A stretch of 64,000 nt of DNA from NCBI GenBank assembly GCA_951406725.2, contig OX597833.1, positions 7,502,001-7,566,000 of the forward strand. Reading direction: 5' to 3'. Made by a program: the position numbers and the translations under genes. The stretch comes from Octopus vulgaris. Taxonomy: Eukaryota. Below the pieces are notes generated by a model, which had not been told where the DNA came from, did no database searches, and saw only the letters and a list, made by a program, of their open reading frames with translations. This document shows, in pieces, positions 28,211-43,127 of the stretch (positions are counted from its first letter, which is position 1; the number at the start of each line of letters is the position of its first letter).

Positions 28211-28850
28211 ATGTTCAGTTGTAATAAAAACAATTTTACACGAATCAGAAAGGTTACTCTCTATTCTTGTAGAGAGCAAATTTATTATTGTTGAGCAAGA
28301 ATATCATAGACCGCGTTCCAAAAAATGCCTTTTGATTGATCATTGAATATCCATACACCAAAGCACTGCAACCACTGGATCACGAATATGGTGAGCCCTG
28401 TCTGTCTCTTCAATCGATATTGTTTCTGCAACATCATCTGCTCTTTTTAATTGACCATCTGTGCACCACTTCCCCTCTGGTCCACCTGATGCACATGATT
28501 ATCATTCACTCGTCATCGTTTCTACATCTAAAGCCTCAAGCCTCTCAGTGAATCACTTGAGATTATTTTAGTTTATTCAAGGAGAGAAAGACAGCGCTTG
28601 TAACACTTTATTTTCTTTCGGGGCTTTCAAGAGTTGTGGTAGGAAGAGATAGAATTTATTTCTGAAATTAGAGACCAGGCTAAAATGCTTCCGACAGAGT
28701 GAACTCTCAGTGAGACGAGTCTTATACCGAGTAATCGATGCAGTTTGCCGATTAAAAATTCACTGCGCAAAGAGCCGGAACAATGCCGCAAGGGACCTTA
28801 TCCGATTCTTTAACAATTTCACCAATCCAGTTATCAAACTGGACCCTTAT

Positions 28851-29241
28851 TCGACCATTATTCTCTAGAAAAACGACGACGCCGTGGTGATCTCATTCTA
28901 GCTCACAACATCATAAGCGGAAAGTGTAACCTCTCGAAAGAGCTGTTCTTCACTCCTGCTCCAGAGCGTCGGCTGCGGGGTCACTCCGAAAAGCTCTATC
29001 TGCGACGATTTCATCTCAATCGAAGGAGAGGGGCTTTCTCCGTCCGGGTTGCGGATCCGTGGAATAAGCTGCCGGACGAGATGGTGAAGATGCCGACGAC
29101 CGCTCGGTTCAAAGTCTCTCTTGACCAGAAATGGCCTGAACTCTTTGCATGAACACCACCCTGTACATAACTCCATGTCCCCCTACATGGCCTTGCTTTT
29201 TGCTTTTTGAGCCAAAAAAATTAACTAAACTAAACTAAACT
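28851..29241 (+). mobile_element. Second 5'-truncated CR1-type LINE copy with (TAAAC)n tail
   Basis: Aligns to 725-1095; ends ttaactaaactaaactaaact. Confidence 0.88.
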
Positions 29242-29775
29242 GAGGACGGTCGCAGATTATAATTCTCGGTCATCCTTGAAGGAAATATCGTAAATCTGGT
29301 TCTTTCCTTCTCCCTGATATTTCGAGAATTGTGCTTCTTGTTAATCATCTTAAAGCAAATAACCACTGGATGAAATAAAAGCCAGAGGAACTGTTTTACT
29401 GGAATATTTCAGCAGGTATTCCTGTAAAGATGAAACTTTCTGGCCTGCCGTTGTTATCTTTAGGTCTTAAGTTCAAATCTAACCGAGGCCGACTTCTTCT
29501 TACACCCTTACTGAATCGTCGATGAGGAAAGTACCAAAGAAGCAATGGGGTTGAAAAAGAAATCGACAGGCATCGTGTCCCGATATCAGAATTGTGGGAA
29601 ATGCGTTGCGGTATTTGTTCTGAGTTCAAATCCCGCCAAGGCCAACTTTGATTTTTAGCCTTTCGAGTTCAATAGAGTAGCATTCAAGTACTGGGGTCGA
29701 TATAATCGACTTAATAACTCCCAGAATTATAGACTTTGTGTCAAAATTTGAAACCATTATTATTATTATCAGTAA

Positions 29776-29828
<53 letters not shown>

Positions 29829-30378
29829 ATAGTAGTAGTAGTAGTTGTAGTAGTAGTAGTAGTAGTAGTTGTAGTAGCAGCAGTAGCAGTGGTGGCGGCG
29901 GCGGTGGTAGTAAGATCGTCGCTATTATCCTCACCATCTTGGCGTCACCGAAGAACGGGTCTTGGATTCCACTGCACCATATTTCTGACAATAAGGTCTA
30001 TGAGATCCTACCCAGGCCTACCCGTTCACTATATTAGAGACTGGGTGTGTTAAATACCGTACTTAAAGAAGGGAGTTGTTGTTGTTCATTGTATAAAGAA
30101 CAAGTGTCTGCGAGTGAGAGGGGACAGACAGAGACTTCAATGGACCTGAAATATGTTTGGAGGAAAGAGAGAGAGAGAGAGAGAGGGGGAGAGAAAGGGG
30201 AAAGAGAGAGTGGGGAGAGAGAGGGGGAGATAGAAATGCACAGTTATCATAGATATTTGTGTAGATAGGTATCTATATAAACAGAGGGATGAACATATAG
30301 ACACACACCACATATACACACACATATATATAAATATATAATGTGCGTTTGTATAGGGTAAATAAATATGTGTGTGTG

Positions 30379-30434
<56 letters not shown>

Positions 30435-30723
30435 TATATATATACACACATATATAAGTATATAGGTATGTGTGTATATATGAGAGAAAGATGTATACAT
30501 GCAAGTCAATTGATTAATTGTTAGGTGGTAGATGGTTAAATCAACAGAAATGTAAACATGTATACATCGACTCATATCATGTATATATGCATATATATAT
30601 ATATTTATATATATATATATATGCATATATACACATGTACAGAGATATATACATACATATTTGTATACATATATATATATATATGCATATATACACATGT
30701 ACAGAGATATATACATACATATT

Positions 30724-30822
<99 letters not shown>

Positions 30823-31385
30823 GTATATACATATATATGGGTTTATTTATACAAATATGCGCACTTGCGTACATATGTATATATCTATATATGTATACAG
30901 ATAAACTGATGAAGACGGATATATTTATAAAAATAATTATATATATTCATCAAAAACGGAAACATTAATTTAACATATACATACATACGTATTTACATGC
31001 AATTATCCAATAAACAAGATAAAGAGATACACTAAACCAACGGCAACCGGCATTTATTCGGGGCGGAGGTCTACGTCAAAGGTTCGCATCTCAAGGATCA
31101 CCTACAAGAATACTTTGTTACACAAATTCATTTTCCACGAAACACCGGATGATTTTACACACACACACACATATACTCGAGTATACACAATTAACAAATA
31201 TATACTGATATGTACACGTACACATGTATATATGTATATTGTCATGTATACACATGTACATATATATCTAAATAAACATACATATGTATATATACTGTTG
31301 AATTAGGTGTTAAATTGAGGCACCGAGTCAGTCCGGTATTACCCGCACAGCTCGAAGTAAGGTGTATATACACATGTGTATATAC

Positions 31386-31435
<50 letters not shown>

Positions 31436-31461
31436 TGTAAACTTGCCATTTGCAGTGGAAA

Positions 31462-31496
31462 TTCCAACGTTTCGGACAGAATCCTTCTTCAGGAAA
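31462..31496 (-). ncRNA. Minimal hammerhead motif, canonical core, intact stems
   Basis: Reverse strand: tttc CTGAAGA a ggat-tct-gtcc GAAA cg T T ggaa; palindromic AACGTT. Confidence 0.7.
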
Positions 31497-32774
31497 ATGT
31501 TGGCATGAGAAATATTAATGAAGGACAATTACACACACACACGCAAGCACACGCATACACTCACACACACATACATGCATACACACGTATACATATATGC
31601 ATACATACGTACTTACATACACACACATACAAGCATATATGCATACACACACAAACATAAATGGTAGTGATGATAGTGGTGGTAATGGCGCTGATGGTGA
31701 TAGTAGTGACAGTGTTAAGGTGGTAGTGGTTATACTGATGGTGGCCGTAGTTGTGGTAGTGGTGGTGGTGGTGGTGGTGGGGGTGGTGGTGGTGTGGTGG
31801 TGGTGGTGGTGGTGGTAGTGGTTGTGGTGGTGGTGGTGGTGGTGGTTGTGGTGGTTTCTTACATTTGATGTCACAAACTTTTATGTGTCATCTCTACAAC
31901 ACAACTACATTATCAATATACCACCATCACCAGCATGAACGCCACTACATCGATGTCAAACACAAATGCACTACCTCACCAACATCAGCAGTAACACTAC
32001 AACCGACACAACCACTCCAGCAATGCACCCCTACTTTATTATTGCAGCGAACCACTAAAACAACACCACCACTACTACCACAACCTATACTACTACCTCA
32101 TCACCACCGTTACATCAACACTGCTACCACTACCTACACTACCACCATCACCGCCAACACTAGCGTCAACGACACCACTTCAATAGTACAGCCTATACCA
32201 CTACATCAACTCCCCCAACACACTACTATAGCCAACACTTCTACATAAACATCACCACCACCACACGAATTCCACAACCACTACTACTACATCAATACCA
32301 CCACCAACAACAACCACCTCTACATCAACACCTCCATTTCATCACTACTAACATGAACACCACCGCCAGTACCACCACCACTATCATCCCCATCATCACT
32401 ATCATCATATCAACGCCAACATCGCTACCGCCACCCAGGCAGCCACCCGGAAGTGCTATTATGACAAAACGGGTGTGGAGTATTGTTTAGACAAATCTGT
32501 AGACAACTTCAATGATTCTTTAATCAGAACGGAATAAATATTTCTTAGTTCTTCCTTTTAGAGTGTCACCAATTCTATACACCGGCTGCCAGGCAATAAA
32601 TTACCAGAAGTTTGTGCTTCAGATACGATTTCGATTCCTGATGGAATCCTTTCGAAAAGTTTATTCCTTGTACTCCTCGGTAACATAACATTGCTGAGAA
32701 GAATGCGTTGGGGTTTCAATATCTGCTTAAAGACTCAACACATTCTCTAGCCAATATTTATTTTCATTCTAAAG

Positions 32775-33008
32775 TCGGCGAGCTGGCAGAAACGTTAGCG
32801 CGCCGGGCGAAATGTTTAGAGGTATTTCGTCTGTCGTTACGTTCTGGGTTCAAATACCGCCGAGGTTGCCTTTGCCTTTCATCCTTTCCGGGTCGATCAA
32901 TTAAGTACCAGTTACGCACTGGAGGTTCGATGTAATCGACTTAATCCGTTTATCTGTCCTTGTTTGTCCTCTTTGTGTTTAGCCCATTGTGGGTAGAAAA
33001 GAAATAAA
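32775..33008 (+). mobile_element. SINE family B, full length, tail type ii
   Basis: ggcgagctggcagaaacgttag A-box, gggttcaaatacc B-box, tail ttgtttgtcctctttgtgtttagcccattgtggg. Confidence 0.88.
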
Positions 33009-33120
33009 TATTTATTTTCATTCCATTTCTTACAGAGAATTTGTTTCTAGTGATTGACTTCTCTCGCTCGCAGCATCGCCTTAACGGTCTGATGGAATAA
33101 AACCCTCTGCATCCGTGAGC

Positions 33121-33331
33121 AGAAAATTCGCCGTAAACATTCTTGCCGTGAGGAAACTTATCGCAGGAAATTTCCCTGTAAACGAGGCACACAAGCAGAA
33201 TGAAAGTGGATACCTAATTTTTTAAAAAAATTACCTTTCTCTAATTGCGAAGTTGGCCGATGAAGTTGCCATTTTAAGGAAACAGATAATTTTTTTCTTT
33301 TGCAATTTTTTTTTTTTACGGCGGATTTTCT
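33121..33331. mobile_element. Small MITE-like element with 17-bp inverted ends
   Basis: agaaaattcgccgtaaa ... tttacggcggattttct (one mismatch); degenerate internal copies of the motif. Confidence 0.45.
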
Positions 33332-33972
33332 TGCGACTCTCTGCATCTTGGTTTATCTCTTTGCTTCTTTCTTTGTTGACAGAAGACATAAAGAGAATTG
33401 CTTCAAGACGTTGAATGGTTACGAAGGTAGTTCTGTCAGTACTGAAAGAAACAGGAGGGCTTGAACCCAGTACACCTAGCTTACAATACATTCCTCAGTT
33501 TTTATAATACTGTTGCTTACAACTGCGCTGCCTGATTAGAGCCAAGCGGACTGAATTGTTGACAGGCGTTTTGATCGTGGACACAGAACAGTGAACTATG
33601 CCATAGTGTAGAACCAGCATACAGCAGGCAGCTAGGCAGAGTGGGCTGCAAAGAATGAAGTGTCTTGGTAATGGACACAATTGAGGGTACCACAGTGTGG
33701 TATAGTGTTCTGTAGCAAGACCATCAGGTTGATCGTACCCCGGCATTCAAAAGGAACCGCCCTGTCACACACACACATACACTGCGTTACGCTGGTTCTA
33801 CCTAATAATTATTTTAAGGGTAAACGTGTTTGTGGGTTACTCAGCCGCTTACATATTGATTCAGGAACAGACAATTCAGTCGATAGAAGAAATGAATACT
33901 CATCGTTGAACGACGGAGATCCGCGGCCATCAGCACCACTACTGTTTACATTATTTATCCCGGAGAGGGCTT

Positions 33973-34182
33973 CGAGCTGGCAGAATCGTTAGCACGCCGG
34001 ACGAAATGCTAAGCTGCATTTCGTCCGTCCTTACCTCGTGAGCTCAAATTTTCGCCGAGGTCGACTTTGCCTTTTATCCTTTCAGGGTCGATAAAATAAG
34101 TACCAGTTGAATACTGGGACCAATGTAGTCGACTTAATGTAGTCCCCCGAAATTGCTGGCCTTGTGATAAAATTTGAAACCA
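33973..34182 (+). mobile_element. SINE family B, tail type iii
   Basis: cgagctggcagaatcgttagcacg...gccgaggtcgactttgcc...aaattgctggccttgtgataaaatttgaaacca. Confidence 0.88.
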
Positions 34183-34357
34183 ATATTTATACCGGAACCG
34201 CAAGATTTCATTTGTGCAAAATTGGATTTCATAGTTTGCAGAGAATAATATACAAGAATTTTAGGAAGAATGGCATTTGGTGTATCAAGAGAATGATAAA
34301 GTAATTTAAGAGTTATAGGTGCGTGTGGCTTCTTGTGATCTTCAAAGAAGACAGAAA

Positions 34358-34424
<67 letters not shown>

Positions 34425-34609
34425 ACAGATAGGCACACAGACAGACATACTCAAAGAGAGACAGACAGACACACAAAGAGACAGGCAGGCAGAGTTTCTG
34501 GCGGAGGTTAACTAGGGTCAATATGAATAGGTGTGACTGTTAACGGGTACACGGTTTTACTGTAATTTCATAGTGCTTCATACGGGTATATATATGTATG
34601 TATATACAC

Positions 34610-34640
<31 letters not shown>

Positions 34641-35764
34641 AAGTATAGTTGGAATGGTGAAACTGTTAAGGAAGGCTGCATTGCTCTCTTATTACTTGGT
34701 TCTTCACAGATGTCTGTCCAAATTCCTCAAAGAGAGGGAAACCGTACAACAGAAACAGATGCTACTCCATGTTAACTTTTATTTTCGAAGATTAAAATAA
34801 CATTATTGTAATGACATGAATATGCCTGTGCGTGTATGTGTCATATATGTGCATATCGACGTGTATGTGCGTGTATCTATAAATACATGTATGCATGTGT
34901 AAGACAAATGAACACAGAAACCAGAACAGGTATTCTGTGATTTATATAGTGTACACATGTTTCAGTAAGCTGACTACCGTTATTACGTAAAGCAGTTGAC
35001 CCTATTACTACTCACTTTCTCGGGAATATCAGTGTGTGTGAGTTTGGGTGTAAGTGTGCATGATATTTTGTGTAAGTGTATATATATGCAAAGGTGTTTT
35101 TATGCATGTGTGTGTGATCGTATCTGCATGTTTGCATGACTCTTCATGTCTGCACGTTTGTCTGTCGTATCTGCATGTCCGCATGTCTGCATGTTTGCAT
35201 ATATGCAGATGTATATTTTTATGCATGTGTGTCTAAATGTGTATGATTGTGTGTGCATGTGTGCACATTAGCAAATGTGTGTTTGTATGCATTTGTGTGT
35301 AAGTGTACTTGGTTGCGTGTTCTTGATCTTGTACACGTGTATATGTGCCTAAATGCGAGCTTTTGTTTGAGCGAGTGTCTATGTCTGTGCGCAGTGAATG
35401 TATACCTGCATACGTTTATATGGATTTGTACGTAGACATACTTTGCTATATGAGTGTCTTGCGGGCAATAAACAATAGATTCGATGGCCGTAGCTAATGA
35501 AGCGTGACGATGCAGAAACCTGTACTCTCTTGTATGATGACATCGATCGTAGCTCAGTGGTGGGTTGTCACACACCATCGTCTGTAAGAAGCATATCTCC
35601 TCTGTAACTGATATCGAAGCGAAGTCCTTTCCAAGTTTGAATGAACAAAACGTCTTAAATCTAAATATACTCAGCTTTGTTTTAAACATCGCTACGCAGT
35701 ATACCTTTAATTAATTAATTAATTAATTAATTAATTAATACTAATAATAATACTAATAATAATA

Positions 35765-36122
35765 ATCCTTTCTACTAAAGGCACAAGGCCTGAAATTTGG
35801 TGGGAGGGGACCAGTCGATTAGATCGACCCCAATATATGTAGCGAGCGAGCGAGAAAGAGAGGGGGGCTAGATAGATAGATTAAAGCAATAATTATTTCT
35901 TTATTGCCCACAGGGGGCTAAACATAGAGGGGACAAACAAAGACAGGCAAAGGGATTAAGTTGATTACATCGACCCCAGTGCGTAACTGGTACTTATTTA
36001 ATCAACCTCGAAAGGATGAAAGGCAAAGTCGACCTCGGCGGAATTTGAACTCAGAACGTAACGGCAGACGAAATACCGCTAAGCATTTTGCCCGGTGTTA
36101 TAACGATTCTGCCAACTCACCG
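35765..36122 (-). mobile_element. SINE family B (35893-36122) plus a separate tail-i fragment (35765-35832)
   Basis: Reverse complement of the family-B head and body with tail ii; adjacent cctttctactaaaggcacaaggcctgaaattt is tail i. Confidence 0.85.
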
Positions 36123-36433
36123 TGGAGAAATGGTTGCTAAATACTAACATAGACATACGTGCACATACACAAATACATACACACAAACACATGCCGCCAT
36201 ACTCACACTTACACACAAGTAATATACATAGAAACATACGTACACAAGCGCACGCATCTACCTACACATTCACACACATACTTATACACACGCACACAAA
36301 TGCACTCACACACGTTTGAACAGAAGTTCTTAGATGCGTTTATTGGTTTAGAATTTCCAAGACAAAAAGTAAATTTGTATCTGTACAAAGTCTCCTACAC
36401 TCGCACTTCCATACATCCACATCAACACGTTAG

Positions 36434-36511
<78 letters not shown>

Positions 36512-36689
36512 CACAAACATATTCACATACAAGCTATACATATATCTATACAATGTTTGTAAATATATATATACATAGACCCTTACATATATATATGCGC
36601 ATATATACATTCATATGTGTATGTGTGAGTGTGTACATATACATACACACATGAATCCATATCTATATAAATGTATATATATGTGTGTG

Positions 36690-36800
<111 letters not shown>

Positions 36801-37811
36801 CACATATATATATAGAGACATACGTACACATATCTATACACACACATGTGCACGCATGAATATATATATATATATTTATGTCTGTGTGTGTGTGTATAGA
36901 TATGTGTACGTATGGCTATATATATATGTGTGTGTGTGTATATGTATGTATATATATATATATGTGCGTATGTATATAGAAGCATGTATGTATACAGTAT
37001 ATAAGTTGTGACAGTAAGAAGATACAGGTTGAGGCAACAAACTGCGATCCTCGAGAGATTTTGGTACTTTTTTGATTGTTAGAATCGTGTCTAGACTTTT
37101 ACTGCCGCAGACTGGCTGAGCTGAGTCTCCAGGAAGGAAGGACTACAACAAAAACAAGCAAAAAACGGATTGATGTAGAGGTGTGTGTACGATGGCGGGT
37201 GGATGGGTCTGGCAATTAGAAGACCCCAGTATCTGTGCATTAAGGTAAAGAAGGGAGGGGGTGGAGAACCAGGGTGTCGATGTGGGTGTGGGCGGGAGTG
37301 GGGTGGAGTGTTAAGAGAAGAAGGGTTAAAAATTATTCCGCAGTTTATTTATTCCATTTCGAAGATGGCGCTGTCGTCGGTTTTGATGCGGATATTGGAC
37401 GTTGGTGGTGATGAGGATGATGATGATGAGGATGATGATGATGATGATGAGGAGGAGGAGGAGGAGGAAGCTAATGATGATGACGAAGTCGATGATAATG
37501 ACAAACACGACGACGACGACGAAGATGATGATGACGATGATGATGATGTTAAGCTTAAAAGACGGTGGGTGATAATGTGTTGTTGTTGTTGGTGTTGGTG
37601 GTGGTGGTGGTGGTCTCAGTGATTGAGGCAACGGTGGCGCTATTTCCGGAAGTGTTGTCTGTTATGTATCTATTTTGTTGAGGTCAGCGCTGAAAGATTT
37701 CTTTTGAACAAAACAGTGGCAGAAATTTCTTCTTTTTCGGTTTTTTCTTTTCTTTCTCTTTTTTAGTAAATTATCATTGCTTTGATATAAATAGAATCAT
37801 TACACATGTGA

Positions 37812-37849
<38 letters not shown>

Positions 37850-37913
37850 TCATACATGCACACACATATATACGCACAAATACACACTCATATACACATG
37901 TATGTATTCATGC

Positions 37914-37958
<45 letters not shown>

Positions 37959-37964
<6 letters not shown>

Positions 37965-39210
37965 GTCCCCTCAAAATATATACACATTTTAAATAATTGT
38001 AAAGTATGTGATTGTTAAAATACATTTCATTTTCAAAATTTTATAGAATCTACAGACATTATTTTATTGTTTTGCCAACGCCCGTTTCCAAACTGATGTC
38101 CGTTATGGTCCCGGTACTGCTGACAACGCGAAGCAATGGAATCGCAAACATCACAAAACAATTCGTTTGGTATTTGTGTGCATTCTCGTTCAATGGCTGC
38201 TCTCAATTCAGCGACTGTTGCAGGTTTCATAACGTAGACTTTTTTCTTTTAGGTATCCTCATAAAAAAGTTTAGTGGTTTGAGGCCTGGTGAACGCGGTG
38301 GGTATTCAACGAAGCTCCTTCATCCAATCCACCCGTTTAGCAAGATCTCATCAAGGAAGGTTCTAACATCGCGATGGTAGTGTGGGGGTGCCCCATCTTG
38401 CTGAAAACAAAACTCCTCATCTTCAAAGTCTTCTCTAATGCTTCGCATGACAGACTTGTAGCAAGTTCAAGTAAACAGAACCAGTGACACCAGCGTCAAA
38501 AAAGAATGGTCCAATTAATCCTCTTGATGATAAGCCAAACCACACTGTAACCCCTGGTAAATTAACATGGTGTCCCACCATAACATGCGGATTCTCAGCT
38601 CCCCAGTAGGTGCAATTGTGGTGGTAAATTGAACCATTTAATTTGAATGTGGCCTCATCACTCCACACAATCTTTGTTGGTAAGTGTGTATCTTCTGCAC
38701 ATCGTGCCAAGTACCACTCTTCGGTCTGGATCATCGTCATTGACAGCATGGACTAATCTTGGAACGTAACTTTTCCATTGACAACGCTTCAAAATGCGTT
38801 GGACAGACGATTTTGAAAAACCTACCTCATGACTCGCTTGCCACAAAGATTTTCTTGGACTTTATTGATTCGTTTCCAGCACTCCATCTTGCTTTGTGGG
38901 GGTTGTCGATGTTCGTGGTCTTCCGAAACGCTTCTCGTGGACATTCTGAACAGTTCCATTGGCTTTAAACTTATCTCTAATTCGAGTGATGGTAAGTCGT
39001 GTTGGTGGATCTTTCCGAAACTCCCTCCCAAACTGTCTTTGCACTTCAATTGGAATTTTACACTTCCAGTAGCATTTTAGAATGAATCCCCTTTGTTCAA
39101 AGTTTAGTCTGATTGCAATCATTAATTCCACTGGGTTTCATTTGGAAAGAAAAAAAATATCAATTGATATCAGCTGCGAAAGTGTGTATACATTTTGGGT
39201 GGACACCCTA
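37959..39210 (-). mobile_element. Degenerate Tc1/mariner DD41D (rosa/Visitor-type) transposon, near full length
   Basis: TIRs tagggtgtcccctcaaaatatatacaca / tgtgtatacattttgggtggacacccta; [13 protein letters not shown]...GLIGPFFF; FQQDGAPPH...WIG*...YPPRSPGLKPLNFF, with 41 residues between the second D and the mutated third position; stops and frameshifts. Confidence 0.9.
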
Positions 39211-39258
39211 CACACACACACACACATATATACATATATATATATATATATAGCAGGA

Positions 39259-39668
<410 letters not shown>

Positions 39669-39669
<1 letters not shown>

Positions 39670-40192
39670 GCGGTCTGATCAGTAGGTATTCGGCCCGTTG
39701 CAATAGTAGCGAAGCTACAGCACGCAGAATGAAGCCGCTTGGCTCAGATGGACCTTAAACTCTGCTGTGCATGCACGGATGCTGGTTCGACGATTTCTCC
39801 TCACAGCTGCACGGACATCTGCAGTGTTGTTCTTAGTTCTACCGGTTGCAGGTCTCCCAGAACGGTCGTCAATATCGACGTTTTTTCGGCCATCTTGGAA
39901 ACGTCTGAACCACTCGGACATTTGTGTGCAGTTCATACACTCCTCTCCATACACTTTCTGCAACTTTGCGTTGGCCTCTGAACTGGTATCACCATGACAA
40001 CTTCCTCTGTCGTGGTCAATGCGACTATCACACGCTACACACGTTCCTTCAAAGCAATGCTGAAAAAGAGCAGAATTGAACTAGAAGGTTAAAACTTAGT
40101 GCGCATGCACTGCAGCGTCCAAGCGACTTTACCCTGCGTGCTTTAGCTTCGTTACTCGGGCAACAGCCCAAATACTTATTGATCAGATCTTG
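39669..40192 (-). mobile_element. Internally deleted mariner with long (~75-bp) imperfect TIRs
   Basis: Left ctgatcagtaggtatt...gaagctacagcacgcag mirrors the right end; ORF KVYGEECM...EWFRRFQDGRKNVDIDDRSGRP is the Mos1-type N-terminal HTH; no catalytic domain. Confidence 0.85.
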
Positions 40193-40216
40193 TGTGTGTG
40201 TGTGTATATATGTATA

Positions 40217-40248
<32 letters not shown>

Positions 40249-40468
40249 CACACACACACAGAGATTACTCGGCATTTTAAATATGCTGTAATATTTACAG
40301 CTTTTAATAAAATGTAGTATGAAACAATTGTACTAAATTACCGGATTCATTCTTGTTGCTTTTTTTTTATTATAATCACCCCACATATTTTTATGGGTAA
40401 CACCATACAAAATTCTGGTGCATCTAAATTAAATGGCATATTCATTTGAATCTAAATTGTTTACTGAA

Positions 40469-40501
<33 letters not shown>

Positions 40502-40510
<9 letters not shown>

Positions 40511-41240
40511 TAAAAAGAATTCCAACCTTGTCTGATTTTCACGTTTTATTTACAATCTTATAATGATATATTATAAGATAATATATTATAATTGAGTAAA
40601 ATAAAATGAAATAGTAGAATGTTAAATATTCATTCTGATTGAACTAGTACTTTCATGCATTGAATTCTGCAATCTTCGGGTTCATGTAGTAGTGTTGACA
40701 GTCATGCTTCACAATTTTTGACTGTAGCAAGATGAGTGATTCTGTGCTATAAATACAGCTGGGTAGGCTCCAGAGTGCTAGGTTTTGCAAACTGTATTCT
40801 GACCAATCAGTGTGTAGTATCACTCAATTACTTAAGCTGATTGGTTGGTTGAGCTGATTGGTTTAGGCATCACGCCTAAACCAATCAGCTCAACCAACCA
40901 ATCAGCTTAAGTAATTGAGTGATACTACACACTGATTGGTCAGAATACAGTTTGCAAAACCTAGCACTCTGGAGCCTACCCAGCTGTATTTATAGCACAG
41001 AATCACTCATCTTGCTACAGTCAAAAATTGTGAAGCATGACTGTCAACACTACTACATGAACCCGAAGATTGCAGAATTCAATGCATGAAAGTACTAGTT
41101 CAATCAGAATGAATATTTAACATTCTACTATTTCATTTTATTTTACTCAATTATAATATATTATCTTATAATATATCATTATAAGATTGTAAATAAAACG
41201 TGAAAATCAGACAAGGTTGGAATTCTTTTTATTAATATAT
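40502..41240. mobile_element. 739-bp palindrome (367-bp arms, 5-nt loop), PLE-like terminal repeat
   Basis: Arms 40502-40868 and 40874-41240, no mismatch seen by eye; loop ATCAC; starts in (TA)n. Confidence 0.85.
41058..41102 (+). ncRNA. Minimal hammerhead motif, C4 variant core (mirror copy at ~40640-40684 on -)
   Basis: tgaac CCGAAGA t tgca-gaattcaa-tgca t GAAA gtac T A gttca; 5-bp stem I; palindromic AGTACT. Confidence 0.6.
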
Positions 41241-41281
41241 TCTTCTATACACAATCACACACACCCATATATATATATATC

Positions 41282-41313
<32 letters not shown>

Positions 41314-41554
41314 CACAACTACATATACATATATGTATATATCTATGTGTATATATATGTGTGTGTGTGTGTGCAAATGAGTGTGGGTGTGTGTGAGTGT
41401 GAACGTAGGAGATGAAACAGAGTTTGATCATTCCACACTTAAAAATACTGAATCGATGTGATCGACTAAACACACGCACAGAGAAACAAGTGTGTATATA
41501 GGTAGATAAACAAGTAGAAAGATAAACAGATTGATTAATTCATAGAGAGATAGC

Positions 41555-41612
<58 letters not shown>

Positions 41613-41669
41613 GTACATACCTACACATACACATATATATACATACACACATACATACATACATCTCTG

Positions 41670-42060
41670 TTACTCTTTTACTTGTTTCAGTCATTTGACT
41701 GCGGCCATGCTGGAGCACCGCCTTTAATCGAGCAACTCGACCCCGGGACTTATTCTTTGTAAGCCCAGTACTTATTCTATCGGTCTCTTTTGCCGAACCG
41801 CTAGGTGACGGGGACGTAAACACACCAGCATTGGTTGTCAAGCAATGCTCGGGGGACAAACACAGATACACATGCACACATACATATACATATATATATA
41901 CATATATACGACGGGCTTCTTTCAGTTTCCGTCTACCAAATCCACTCACAAGGCTTTGGTCGGCCCGAGGCTATAGCAGAAGACACCTGCTCAAGGTGCC
42001 ACGCAGTGGTACTGAACCCGGAACCATGTGGCTGGTAAGCAAGCTACTTACCACACAGCC

Positions 42061-42062
<2 letters not shown>
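41670..42062 (-). mobile_element. SINE family A, full length
   Basis: Near-identical to 8244-8644. Confidence 0.92.
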
Positions 42063-42104
<42 letters not shown>

Positions 42105-42565
42105 ATTGAATACAAGTAACATACACAGATATGCACAGACACACACGAAAACCCATACGTATACACTTACCGTTAAATACATACACCCACAAACTTATTC
42201 AAACACACGCACAATTACCAACATAATTACAAACACATACACACACACGCCATAAAGTTAATCTGTAAGATGAATTAACTCGCCATTGATTTATCTCCCT
42301 TTACTTCGACTCTCCTGTTTCCTTACTCTACCTCTCTTCGGTGTCAGTCCAACTCCATCACTCACCTTGGAATGGTATTCCAATACCAACGTCACGTTTA
42401 CTATTTATGTATTTATTTATTCATTTACCTTTCTCTTTTCTTGTTGTTGTTGTTGCCTTTGTTGTTGTTGGTTCTCTCTTCCTTCCTGTGTTGTTGTTAT
42501 CGTTGCTGTCGCCTTCTTTCGAGAGATGTATATAAGATTACATTTTCTTTCGCTTATTCTATTCG

Positions 42566-42601
<36 letters not shown>

Positions 42602-42617
42602 ATTATATAAATATATC

Positions 42618-42648
<31 letters not shown>

Positions 42649-42718
42649 GTAGATTTGCAAAAACATGCATTCAAACCTCATACATGTAATAATACATACA
42701 TATGCATATGAACACATA

Positions 42719-42767
<49 letters not shown>

Positions 42768-43065
42768 TTGACATACTCACAAATATTTTAAACTGTGGCC
42801 AAGATATCCAGAGATTTATTTTTAAAATATTTTATTTTCTTCCAAGTCTGTTCACATCATCTCTCACATCGTTTCTTCTTCTTCTTCTTCTTCTTCTTCT
42901 TCTTCTTCTTCTTCTTCTTCTTCTTCTTCTTCTTCTTCCAATCTGACAGCTGTATAAACTTCTCTCAATTCCTAAACTGAAAATATTCTTCGAATTCTTA
43001 ACTTCCTCTCTGCTCTACGTCTCACACATACACACACGCACTTACACACATACATACACGCACAC

Positions 43066-43127
<62 letters not shown>

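Noticed and set aside
33383-33465. Possible + strand exon after a pyrimidine tract (also 57537-57607)
   Set aside because: Weak splice site on one side, no recognisable protein, no consistent exon chain.
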